In this document: positions 20,212 through 29,214 of the stretch, one piece after another
Position numbering within the stretch: position 1 is the stretch's first letter
Layout of the letters: the number at the start of each line of letters is the position of its first letter
From: an uncultured Candidatus Micrarchaeota archaeon
GTDB lineage: Archaea > Micrarchaeota > Micrarchaeia > Anstonellales > Bilamarchaeaceae
Direction of reading: 5' to 3'
Assembly: GCA_963714085.1 (NCBI GenBank)
Contig: OY970229.1
Location: forward strand, 1,152,001-1,216,000
Length of the DNA: 64,000 bases
The notes under the pieces: model-generated
Databases searched by the model: none
The model's input: the letters and a program-made list of their open reading frames with translations, nothing else
Told to the model about the DNA's origin: nothing
Position numbers and translations under genes: made by a program

Positions 20212-22185
20212 TTGACAGAACATAATCATACCCAGCCAGCGATAATCGTGAAGCCCGAGCTCAAATATGGCGGCCACATGATGAAGGTGTCCATGAAGTC
20301 GCCGGCCATCGTCCAATTCCCGGGCGGCCATCCTTTCTGCCAGGTCACAAGCGACGAGTTTCCCGACATGCTTGCGTCCCTGAGGGGCAAGATGCTGCCT
20401 CCGGACAAGGGTCCTTATGCGGATAACGAGAAAGGCGAACTCCACAAGATGGCCTTCCAGATGGCGGCTGCGGGCAAGGGCCGGCCCGACAGGCTCGAAG
20501 CAGAGTGCGAGTGGCTCATAGACGTGCTCCTTCCCAGGGGGGAAATCACCGGGGCGATTGGTGAGAAGAAAAAAGTCGACCTCTGGCCCATCGACGACGA
20601 GAGGAGCTTCGGGGACCTGCGTCTCATCGAGTGGAACGCAGCTGCCGGAGCCAGGCCGAGCTACCCGTTCATAACCTCCGGCAGCCTGCTGGGGCAGGAA
20701 ACAATCCAGATCGAAGGCAACGTCTACATGCCCGTCTTCTACGAAGAGGAGGCGCCCCTGGCCGGCGCAGGAGCCATACGCGCCCGCCACGAAGTGGACC
20801 ATACAGTGCAAGCATACCTGTCTCTCCTATACTGCAATGACGGCCTCCATAACGGCATCGCCGTCTTCCCGGACGACCATACGCTGCTTTCGTTCAGCAA
20901 CAGCAGGACGCACCGCGAGGTGAGGGCCATCGGCGTGCTCTCCGACCCCATGGTGATGGCCACTCAATGGCTCAGGAGGGCTGACCAGAAGCTGATACGG
21001 GAGACGGATTATGTCTCGAGGAAAATAGGTCTCCCACCGACAATCGAGAGAGATGAGAAAGGTCGGCCTATAGCCCACCGCATCATCGACGAGGAGTACG
21101 TGGACATTACAATAGCGATATTAAGGGCGATGGCGGCGCACGCGTCATTCCATTGCCTTGAGCACCCAGAACTGGAGACGTTCGACCAGAGATTCCGCGG
21201 CGTAAGGCTGGACTGGAAAAGCGCGCTCACCGCCCAACGCATCCAGTCCAGGCTCATGGATCTCCATAAGCGGCTGGAAGCCGAGGGCGTTGCACCCCAA
21301 AGGCCCGGTGGCATCCCGCCGGCCAATGTAGAGGCTTACATACTCAAGAAAATCGTTGAACCGCTCTGCTTCGGCTACTACACGTCCGGTCCTGACCACC
21401 CAAACATGGCGGAATGCCATGCCATGGTCTCGGGCTGCATAGCCGCGCTGCCAAGGTTCGGTTTCCCGGAAGAACGGCTTCCCGACCTGATTGCCCGCAT
21501 AGACGCGAAGATCGAAGCCATCAGGGGCACTGAGACCGCGCTGAGGATCGAGGCTGCCGACGCGGCGCAAGGGACCAATCTCCTCGCAGAGGCATACCTC
21601 AAGGACCTCGAGTCAGGCCTGGGCGAGCTAAGAGCAGCGCTCGAAGCAAGTTCAATATCCCAGGTCGAGGCGGTCAGGAGGGTGGAATCGATCACCGACA
21701 AGCTTGGCGAGGGCAGCCGGAGATGCGGCCTTGACCATGCCTTGATCGTGAACGGGAAAAGCCAGCTAGAGGCTTTCATCACAAAGACCCTGCCCACTCA
21801 CGAGTTCCCCCGGCGCACTGTCAAGGCGCTGTCCACCCGTCTCGATGACCAGTTCGACCCGAAGAGCGCGGTGAACATGGAGCACGAGGCTGAGCAGCGC
21901 AAGGAAGAGGTGTTCAATCGCGTCGCCCGGCTGGTACTCAGGCTGGCCTCAAATCCGCCACCTAAGATGAGCGAGGTGGTCGAAGTCGTAAAAGACATAA
22001 TCACCAACCTCGCGACCGACGCCGCCAGGTTCGGCCATGACAATGCGTCTATGAAAGCCGCCAATCAGCATATAATCGACTTTGTGCTTAAAATCCTGCC
22101 CAAGCATGGCGTGTCGGATGCGGCCCTGCGCGATATAAAGAGTTTTGCCAGGGAGAAGCTCAGCCCGCCTGCTGCGCCGAAGTGA
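20212..22185 (+). CDS. Hypothetical protein with a HExxH (HEVDH) zincin-like motif
   Basis: 657-aa ORF; HEVDH followed by REVRA; true start uncertain. Confidence 0.6.
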   Translation: MTEHNHTQPAIIVKPELKYGGHMMKVSMKSPAIVQFPGGHPFCQVTSDEFPDMLASLRGKMLPPDKGPYADNEKGELHKMAFQMAAAGKGRPDRLEAECEWLIDVLLPRGEITGAIGEKKKVDLWPIDDERSFGDLRLIEWNAAAGARPSYPFITSGSLLGQETIQIEGNVYMPVFYEEEAPLAGAGAIRARHEVDHTVQAYLSLLYCNDGLHNGIAVFPDDHTLLSFSNSRTHREVRAIGVLSDPMVMATQWLRRADQKLIRETDYVSRKIGLPPTIERDEKGRPIAHRIIDEEYVDITIAILRAMAAHASFHCLEHPELETFDQRFRGVRLDWKSALTAQRIQSRLMDLHKRLEAEGVAPQRPGGIPPANVEAYILKKIVEPLCFGYYTSGPDHPNMAECHAMVSGCIAALPRFGFPEERLPDLIARIDAKIEAIRGTETALRIEAADAAQGTNLLAEAYLKDLESGLGELRAALEASSISQVEAVRRVESITDKLGEGSRRCGLDHALIVNGKSQLEAFITKTLPTHEFPRRTVKALSTRLDDQFDPKSAVNMEHEAEQRKEEVFNRVARLVLRLASNPPPKMSEVVEVVKDIITNLATDAARFGHDNASMKAANQHIIDFVLKILPKHGVSDAALRDIKSFAREKLSPPAAPK

Positions 22186-22192
22186 TGGGACC

Positions 22193-23212
22193 ATGCTATC
22201 AAGGCGAACATTCTTCTTCGGAACATTGGCCGCCGGAGCGCTCGTTGCCCAGCCCAAGATATGGCGGGCCATCCCTCCGGTGTACGCCGCCCACGCGTCT
22301 GCTTACGATCCTGATGTATTCCCGTTCAAGGCAGGCCCTCTTGTAAAGGCGATCGCGAAAGAGGTGAAGGCGGACACAGAGCTCCAAACCGCGAAAAACC
22401 TGCATTCGCGCCTCAAAGGCAGCGCAGCCGGAGGCCTCAAAGCCGTCGAGTCCAAGAAAACGTTCGGGGACGACCGGCCTCCGCGCAGCCCTGAGGAGAC
22501 GCTCATACAACGCTGCGGCGACTGCAGCGAGCTCGCCTACGTGGTGCTGAGCGCGGCAAAGGAGCTCGGCCTCGAGGCAGGGACGATAACGCTCGACTTA
22601 GGGAACGGCATACTCCACCTGCTCCCCTTCCTCAAGATAAAGGGCAAGAAATACATCATCGACCTCCAGACCGACGAATTCGGGAAAGGCAGCGTTGATA
22701 CGAGCTCAGGAAGGGTGGCATTCACCTACGAATCGCTGGGCGAGCCGGGCATGCCCAAAGTGCTGTGGGAGTCGACATTCGACCAGTCAGTCGGCCACTG
22801 GCACATGGAATGGGGCAACTACCTCAAATCCAATAAGGACCCGGCCAAGCTCAAGCAGGCGATCACCGCATTCAAGAAGGCGATCGAGCTCAACCCATTG
22901 GACACGCATTCGCCGGCTAAGCTGGACAACGCCTCGGTCTCGCTCGTGAACATCCTCATGAAGCAGGCGGACAAGAAAATCTCCGGCAAGACGAAGGACT
23001 GGCCGGGCGCGGCTTCGCTTTTCGAGGAAGCCATAAGCTACGCACCACTCACCATAACCAAGGAGCAGTTGGCATCGCTGCACCAGAGCGCGGGCACCTG
23101 CTCACACGAGTCTGGGAATCACGCCGCTGAAGCGGAGCATTACGAAGCTGCGTACGGTCTCACCAAAAACGAGTATTACAAGAAACTCGCCAACCAGGCC
23201 CGGGCCGAGTGA
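22193..23212 (+). CDS. Tat-exported transglutaminase-like protein with TPR repeats
   Basis: SRRTFF twin-arginine signal; GDCSELA...H...D triad; AITAFKKAIELNP TPR. Confidence 0.75.
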   Translation: MLSRRTFFFGTLAAGALVAQPKIWRAIPPVYAAHASAYDPDVFPFKAGPLVKAIAKEVKADTELQTAKNLHSRLKGSAAGGLKAVESKKTFGDDRPPRSPEETLIQRCGDCSELAYVVLSAAKELGLEAGTITLDLGNGILHLLPFLKIKGKKYIIDLQTDEFGKGSVDTSSGRVAFTYESLGEPGMPKVLWESTFDQSVGHWHMEWGNYLKSNKDPAKLKQAITAFKKAIELNPLDTHSPAKLDNASVSLVNILMKQADKKISGKTKDWPGAASLFEEAISYAPLTITKEQLASLHQSAGTCSHESGNHAAEAEHYEAAYGLTKNEYYKKLANQARAE

Positions 23213-23230
23213 AATAAAAATATTAAAAAA

Positions 23231-23917
23231 TCAGAATACTTTTTCTCCTACATAGACCTTGATCCCCGAAGGCGTCACCTTGAACGGCACCAGGTCGCGC
23301 GAATGAGCCGTGCCCCTCATCTTCATGATCTCGAGCGCCCTTATCCTCCGGTCCTCCTTGCCTATGTTGTAGAGGTTGATTATCCCGTCCATCACGAAGT
23401 GCTCTATGTCGTACTTCATCTCGTCCCTGGACGCGGTGACTGCCTCGACCGTCGTCATGCTGGTGCAGTCCAGGCCGCGCAGCAGTGAGAGGAACTCGAA
23501 GAGCGTCTGCCTGTACTCTATCTCGTTCTTGAAGGACATCCTTATCATGGTGGACGAGTCTATGACCGCCCGCTTCACGCCGTTCTCGGTTATGCTGTTC
23601 TCTATGATGCCGGCCACGTCCTCCAGGTCCAGCTTGTCGGGCTTGAGTATCTCTATCTTCTTGTCGTCTATGAGGTCCTTGACGTCGTTTATCATGGGGA
23701 ACGTGCTCGCCATGTTCTCGATTATGTCGTCCGTGGTCTCCTCAAGGGAGACATAGACCCCGGGCTCGCCCAGCTTAGCGCCTCTGTAGAGGTATTCGAA
23801 GCACAGCGAGGTCTTCCCGCATCCAGGCCCGCCGTATACGGCTATATGCCTCCTTGCCGGTATTCCGCCGTTTAGCATCTCATCCAGTCCCTGGATGCCA
23901 GTCATGACACGGTCCAT
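23231..23917 (-). CDS. KaiC/RAD55-family ATPase
   Basis: TGIQGLDEMLNGG, GGPGCGKT, VIDS, KMRGT. Confidence 0.92.
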   Translation of the reverse strand: MDRVMTGIQGLDEMLNGGIPARRHIAVYGGPGCGKTSLCFEYLYRGAKLGEPGVYVSLEETTDDIIENMASTFPMINDVKDLIDDKKIEILKPDKLDLEDVAGIIENSITENGVKRAVIDSSTMIRMSFKNEIEYRQTLFEFLSLLRGLDCTSMTTVEAVTASRDEMKYDIEHFVMDGIINLYNIGKEDRRIRALEIMKMRGTAHSRDLVPFKVTPSGIKVYVGEKVF

Positions 23918-23995
23918 AGTTGCACCTGCATCCCCTTATCCTACAATATTTATATGTGTTCGTTCAAAGATATCCGAAAGATGCGGGTGGGAAAG

Positions 23996-24973
23996 ATGAC
24001 CGATGCTGAGCTTGACATACTTCCATGGACTGAGAAATACCGGCCGAAGGACCTCGGCGCAGTGGCAGGGCAGACGGAGATCGTGAAGAGCCTCAAGGCC
24101 TTCGTGAAGATGAGGAACATGCCGAACCTGCTCTTCGCCGGCCCGCCAGGGGTGGGCAAGACCACCGCGGCCCTGGCGATGGCTTCGGAGATGTTCGCAG
24201 GCAACCTCCAGGGCAACTTCTGCGAGCTAAACGCCAGCGACGAGCGCGGCATAGACGTGGTGCGCGGCAGGATAAAGGACTTCGCCCGCTCCATGTCGCT
24301 CGGGGACGCGCCGTGGAAGCTCATATTCCTGGACGAGTCCGACTCGCTGACATCCGAGGCCCAGCACGCGCTCAGAAGGACCATGGAGTCCACGAGCGGG
24401 GTGACGAGATTCATACTCAGCTGCAATTACTCCAGCAGGATCATCGAGCCATTGCAAAGCAGGTGCGCGGTGTTCAGGTTCGCGCAGCTGCAGGAGCAGG
24501 ACGTGCGGAAGATGCTCGTGCACGTCGCGGAGAAGGAGAAGCTCAAGCTCGACGACGAGGCCTGCCAGGCGCTTTTCTACGTCTCAGAGGGCGACATGCG
24601 CAAGGCTCTGAACGCGCTCCAGGGCGCGGCGTTGCATTCATCCCACATCACGGCGGACCTGGTGCACAAGATCTCCAGCCGTGCCAAGCCCAAGGAGGTC
24701 GTGGACATGGTCCAGCTCGCCTTGGCAGGCGACTTCGCCAAGTCGCGGGAGAACCTCGACAAACTGGTGATCCACTACGGGCTGAGCGGAGAGGACATAC
24801 TGAACCAGGTGTACCGCGAGATACCCAACCTCAAGATACCCGAGAAGAAGAAGGTATTGCTCATGGACCGCCTGGCCGAGTACAACTTCAGGCTCGTGGA
24901 AGGCGCGAGCGAGCGCATACAGATCGAGGCCATGCTGGCGCAGTTCGTGTTAATCGGGGCAGAAGGTGCTTGA
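23996..24973 (+). CDS. rfcS: Replication factor C small subunit
   Basis: PWTEKYRP, GPPGVGKT, ELNASDERG, LDESD, SRC. Confidence 0.97.
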   Translation: MTDAELDILPWTEKYRPKDLGAVAGQTEIVKSLKAFVKMRNMPNLLFAGPPGVGKTTAALAMASEMFAGNLQGNFCELNASDERGIDVVRGRIKDFARSMSLGDAPWKLIFLDESDSLTSEAQHALRRTMESTSGVTRFILSCNYSSRIIEPLQSRCAVFRFAQLQEQDVRKMLVHVAEKEKLKLDDEACQALFYVSEGDMRKALNALQGAALHSSHITADLVHKISSRAKPKEVVDMVQLALAGDFAKSRENLDKLVIHYGLSGEDILNQVYREIPNLKIPEKKKVLLMDRLAEYNFRLVEGASERIQIEAMLAQFVLIGAEGA

Positions 24974-25644
24974 GGGTGCTTCGGCCGGCGTTTCTCCTGC
25001 TCCTTTTAGTGGCGCTCTCCTTCGCCTATCCGTCCGGAGACATCGTCTTGACGCCGTTCGAGCACATGGATATGGGCAACACCAGCCAGCCCAAGTTCGA
25101 CGGCCTTGTCCTGAAGATGGATTGCAATGCCGGGACGCTGAAGATATACGCGTTGTCTGGCAATTCCCCTGTGGAAGGGGCTACGTCACTGCTCAAGTCG
25201 ACAAACTACGAGCAGCCGCTCATCGGCTCTGGCACCACGGATTCCAACGGGTACGTGGCCCAGCACATCCCAGGCAACCTATCGTTCTTCACGGGATTCT
25301 TCGTGCTCACCGTGGAGAAGCCCGGCTATGAGGAAAGGGAGGTCCATTTCGACATAAACGGCTGCTTCGGGAAGCCGTCGGGCCCCACCGTATACCTGCC
25401 TGTCACCGTGCAGCCGCCGGCTACCAAGAACGTCACACCTCCAGGCGTACCAGCCAATGCTTCGCAGCTGAATGCCACTCCGGGCAATGCGACCGGAAAC
25501 CCGGCCGGGAATGCGACCGTGAACCAGACAGCAACGGGAAACCAGACTGGAACCGCGGGCGCGATGCCGGCAATCCCGTCCTGCCCGCTGCCGCTGGCCC
25601 TGTTCGCAGCGCTCGGCGTCTGCTGGGTCAGAGTCCTGAAGTAG
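24970..25644 (+). CDS. Secreted surface protein with sequon-rich linker and C-terminal Cys-Pro + transmembrane anchor
   Basis: Signal peptide, repeated NxT/S sequons, ...PSCPLPLALFAALGVCWVRVLK; TTG start overlaps the rfcS stop. Confidence 0.7.
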   Translation: MRVLRPAFLLLLLVALSFAYPSGDIVLTPFEHMDMGNTSQPKFDGLVLKMDCNAGTLKIYALSGNSPVEGATSLLKSTNYEQPLIGSGTTDSNGYVAQHIPGNLSFFTGFFVLTVEKPGYEEREVHFDINGCFGKPSGPTVYLPVTVQPPATKNVTPPGVPANASQLNATPGNATGNPAGNATVNQTATGNQTGTAGAMPAIPSCPLPLALFAALGVCWVRVLK

Positions 25645-25803
25645 CGATTCCGTACGAAAGCTCCGCTGTATAACATGCCAGACAGTCGTATGGTAAAAAA
25701 GAGCCGGGGTTTACACTCGGCATATCATCGTTCTTATTCGAGGAATAGGGGATATAATTGTATGAAAAAAATAAAGAATTAGTCAATCAACGCAGATTCC
25801 CGT

Positions 25804-25823
25804 CACCGGCGATCAAGCCGGTG
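25804..25823 (-). terminator. GC-rich hairpin downstream of the CxxC-x17-CxxC gene
   Basis: CACCGGC-GATCAA-GCCGGTG, 10 nt after the stop codon. Confidence 0.4.
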
Positions 25824-25833
25824 GTTGTGAGTT

Positions 25834-25974
25834 TCAGAAGCGTGATTTCGGTTTGTAGCAGTTCCTGCAGTAAACTGGCCTTCCTTCGGTCGGTTTAAAG
25901 GGAACTTGACACGGCTGTCCGCACTTTGCACATACTGCATCGTACATCGGCCTGTCGCCACCTTCGTATGCCAT
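25834..25974 (-). CDS. CxxC-x17-CxxC domain small protein (46 aa; absent from the ORF track)
   Basis: MAYEGGDRPMYDAVCAKCGQPCQVPFKPTEGRPVYCRNCYKPKSRF; AGGTGA SD upstream. Confidence 0.9.
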   Translation of the reverse strand: MAYEGGDRPMYDAVCAKCGQPCQVPFKPTEGRPVYCRNCYKPKSRF

Positions 25975-26152
25975 TCATTTCACCTTATTTATTGGCGCTT
26001 ATGCGCCTTCCATGATAAGCCGCGTTTCTCTGAATCAGACTAGGATAATTTTCCAGATGCAATGCATCTACAAAATCAGGAATTTTACCCAATAGTTCGT
26101 TCAAAAGAACCAGCCTATCTGATATTATATATGAACGTCCTAGTATTTAAAC

Positions 26153-26989
26153 CTATCCCGTCGTCGGATGTCGTATTTTCTGCCGGGCTGCATAGCCCTC
26201 AACGCTCCTCAGGAACCTCAGAGCGGTCCTCAGATGGGCTAGCGGCATGCGCTGGTCCGGGGTGTCGAAATGGCCGTATACCACCGGTCCGAACGCGAAG
26301 GATGGCCATTTCCGCTCGTATACGCAGGCCTCGTCGTAGCCGTGGAAGCGCCGCGCCGCGACCTTCCTGTCCCTGAAGCGCCGCATGAAATCCGCGCTCA
26401 GCCTCTGAACCGCTGGCAGGGAGAAGCCGTCCAGATAGCAGTGGGTATGGTCGCCGGCGTCGAAAAGGCTATCGTAGCTCTTGGTCCAATCCAGCTTGTC
26501 CTGCGGATGCAATAATCGGGGATAAGTGACGTCCACGGCTATGCAGAAATCCGGCCTGATGCCGCGCCTCGTAAGCTCGGCAACGACCTCCCTGGCGCCT
26601 TTCGCGAACCTTTTCGGGTTCTCCTTTTCCGCCTCCTCAGAGGCCGTGAACACGTATATCGCACGGCCTCTCTTCGGGCCGCGCTGGGCGAGCAGCAGGT
26701 TGATATAGCAGCCCACGGCGTTATCCAGCACGCCGCTGAGCTCTATCCCTTTGCCGGACCTGCGGCTGCTGAAGCTTATGCGCCTGATGCGCGGGTCCAC
26801 GTCCAGATGCGAAGAGAACAGTATGGTCGGCTTCCCGGAGCCCTTTTCCACCCAGATATTCCCGTGCCGGTCTACGTTCGGATGGCAGCCCCGTTTTTGC
26901 AATTCCTTGAGTATATGGGCGTGCCTGGGGCCTTTCCGTGTATTGCCGTCGAACGGCTTCCTGGCTATTGCTCTTATCGCATCGACCAT
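26153..26989 (-). CDS. M20/M28/M42-type zinc peptidase-fold protein
   Basis: SHLD, LDNAVG, ASEE, VDVT, C-terminal H. Confidence 0.75.
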   Translation of the reverse strand: MVDAIRAIARKPFDGNTRKGPRHAHILKELQKRGCHPNVDRHGNIWVEKGSGKPTILFSSHLDVDPRIRRISFSSRRSGKGIELSGVLDNAVGCYINLLLAQRGPKRGRAIYVFTASEEAEKENPKRFAKGAREVVAELTRRGIRPDFCIAVDVTYPRLLHPQDKLDWTKSYDSLFDAGDHTHCYLDGFSLPAVQRLSADFMRRFRDRKVAARRFHGYDEACVYERKWPSFAFGPVVYGHFDTPDQRMPLAHLRTALRFLRSVEGYAARQKIRHPTTG

Positions 26990-27383
26990 TGGGTATGCCT
27001 ATAGGAAGCCGGCTATAAAAAGGATATTACCTGCCCAGTCTTGCCGAATAACCACTAAAAAGAGCGACTTATCAGGTAGATACCTCAACTGGCAGCCTTC
27101 TAAACGGAAAATCAGGTACCATTTGCAGTCCTGGTATTGCACATTCATCTAACAGCTGCTCGAACGGTATAGTGCCAGCTTTGAATCTGGGGTACGATTC
27201 TGCAAGTTTTTCCATATCAATGGGCCGCGGGTCTCGAAGAGTAATCCCTTCTTTATCCAACGGTTCTAAACAGACTGAAACCATGTGATGGTTGGTAAGG
27301 CCATAGTAAACATCCCATCCACCGGATACGATCTGCAGAAGTCTTGCTTGCCTGGTTTCTTCAACGCTTAAGTTTCCTTTTAA

Positions 27384-28680
27384 ATGCGTTAGGCCCGGGA
27401 AATCCAACGTCTTCAGACGTTGGATGAAAGGGCCTGATCTGCTCAGCTCCGTCGAGCACCGCGGAAATCCACCCGGGCAACGCTTATAAACGACCTTTCC
27501 GGCAAATCCTTATGAGAGTGACGCGGGCCTGGAAGTACCGGCTCTATCCTTCAAGAAGCCAGGAAAGGCTGCTGAACGACCAGTTCCACGAATGTAAGAC
27601 GCTCTGGAATTCCCTGCTGGAGCACACGAAGGAATACTACGAGGAAACAGGGAAATTCCCTACCAGGAAGCAGCTTTATCTTATGACAAAAGACACGGAA
27701 CTTTATTCCCAGGTAGCTCAGAACGTCGCAGACAGGCTTGTGAAATCCCTGAAGGGGGTGGTCGCCAGGAAAAAAGCCCGCAGGAAGGCAGGCTTCCCAC
27801 GGTTCAAATCATTTGAACGGGTGAAATCCCTGACCTATCCTCAGTTCGGTTTCAAGCTCAAAAACAAGCTGGAGCTGTCAGGGATTGGAAGCGTGGCAAT
27901 CAGGAAACACAGGGAGATGGATGGTGAGATCAAGACCCTGACCATAAAGAAATCCCCTTCAGGGAAGTGGCATGCGATTTTCACGACTGAATCCGAAAGA
28001 AAGATACCCGAGAGAAACAAGATGCCCAAGGTGGGTATCGACCTTGGGATAGAAACATTCGCGTATCTGAGCGACGGCTCAAGGATAGAGAATCCGCGGA
28101 ATCTCAGACTGGCAGAAGAACAGCTGAAGCTTGTCCAAAGGAGGATGTCTAATAAACGGAAGGGCAGCTCAAACAGGGCCAAAAACAGAAAAACGGTTGC
28201 AATCGCCTATGAAAGACTAACGAACAAGAGAAGGGATTTCCTTCACAAGGCAAGTCGTGCCCTTGTGGAGAATCATTCACTCATAGCCATGGAAGCGCTG
28301 AACAACGAAGGATTGGCGCGTGGTTTCCTGGCGAAAGAGGTATTGGACTGCAGCTGGGCGGAGTTCGCCGGCATGATCAGCTACAAGGCGGAAGGAGCTG
28401 GTTGCGAAGTCGTGCTGGTGAATCCCGCTTACACCTCCCAGAAGTGCAGCAACTGCGGTCTTATACAGAAGAAGTCGCTTGCGGAACGGTGGCATGATTG
28501 TCCTTGTGGGGCATCCATGCACAGGGACCTAAATGCAGCGATAAACATACTCCAACGAGCTACCGGTGGAACGCCGGGAAGTAAAGCCTGCGGAGAAGAG
28601 ACCTCTATCCGTTATAAACATAACGGGCAAGTATCTTCAATGAAACAGGAAGCCCACGCCTTTAGGCGTGGGTAGTTCAC
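27384..28680 (+). mobile_element. IS200/IS605-family tnpB-only element, family A copy 2 (1297 bp)
   Basis: Same ends as copy 1; preceded by TTTAA and ending in TCAC; precise removal restores the host ORF. Confidence 0.95.
27512..28675 (+). CDS. tnpB: RNA-guided endonuclease TnpB
   Basis: Close paralog of 6324-7487 with the RuvC D-E-D triad intact. Confidence 0.95.
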   Translation: MRVTRAWKYRLYPSRSQERLLNDQFHECKTLWNSLLEHTKEYYEETGKFPTRKQLYLMTKDTELYSQVAQNVADRLVKSLKGVVARKKARRKAGFPRFKSFERVKSLTYPQFGFKLKNKLELSGIGSVAIRKHREMDGEIKTLTIKKSPSGKWHAIFTTESERKIPERNKMPKVGIDLGIETFAYLSDGSRIENPRNLRLAEEQLKLVQRRMSNKRKGSSNRAKNRKTVAIAYERLTNKRRDFLHKASRALVENHSLIAMEALNNEGLARGFLAKEVLDCSWAEFAGMISYKAEGAGCEVVLVNPAYTSQKCSNCGLIQKKSLAERWHDCPCGASMHRDLNAAINILQRATGGTPGSKACGEETSIRYKHNGQVSSMKQEAHAFRRG

Positions 28681-29214
28681 AATTCCGACTGGCGTGTGAG
28701 GGTTTTTTGCATATTCCGGAGATTGCGTGCTTCCCATTATCTTGTGCTCCTGGTACGTTTCGATATCCGTTCTGTACCCTATCTCCATCAATAACTGCTG
28801 AACGTTTTCATTGAGTTGCGAATATGCGGTTTGCTCGCTTGGAGGCACTTTTTGAAATAAACCATTTTCGTAAAATGCGGTTATTGCTGAGACAAAGTCT
28901 AATTTGTATGTCGTTGTCCTAGGATCGCATATTTGTTCTATAAGCAGTTTGACTCCCTTAAATTTTCCCGCATCACCAGGTCTGACTGCTCCAAGTATCC
29001 GCCTTAACTCCCCAATTAGTTCGACTTTTTTTCGCAGCTAATCGTTGCTCTATTGCCATATCTGGTACTTTGTGAGCATACATTTAAAATAGTCTTTATT
29101 TGCCCGAGCAATCGGTCATTTCCGGACTTCTCCAGCAAAGCTTTCCCGTCCGATTTAGCGCCAAAAGCCTCGATTTTACAAAACGCACATAAATCTTTAC
29201 GCGGAAATAACAGC

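Larger units (their letters stand above)
27072..29059 (-). pseudogene. Hypothetical gene (about 229 aa) interrupted by IS copy 2 and frameshifted at an A7 run
   Basis: Removing 27384-28680 joins ...PHTPVGI|LKGNLSVEE... in frame; removing one base of the T7 run at 29026-29032 joins the ATG at 29059. Confidence 0.75.

Noticed and set aside
27072..27407. ORFs 27072-27407 and 28612-28848 as independent genes
   Set aside because: They are the two halves of one IS-interrupted gene, each reading into IS sequence.
29026..29032. The A7 run as another programmed frameshift like the his cassettes
   Set aside because: It has no SD-like/CTT geometry or repeated context, and the gene is already broken by an IS.
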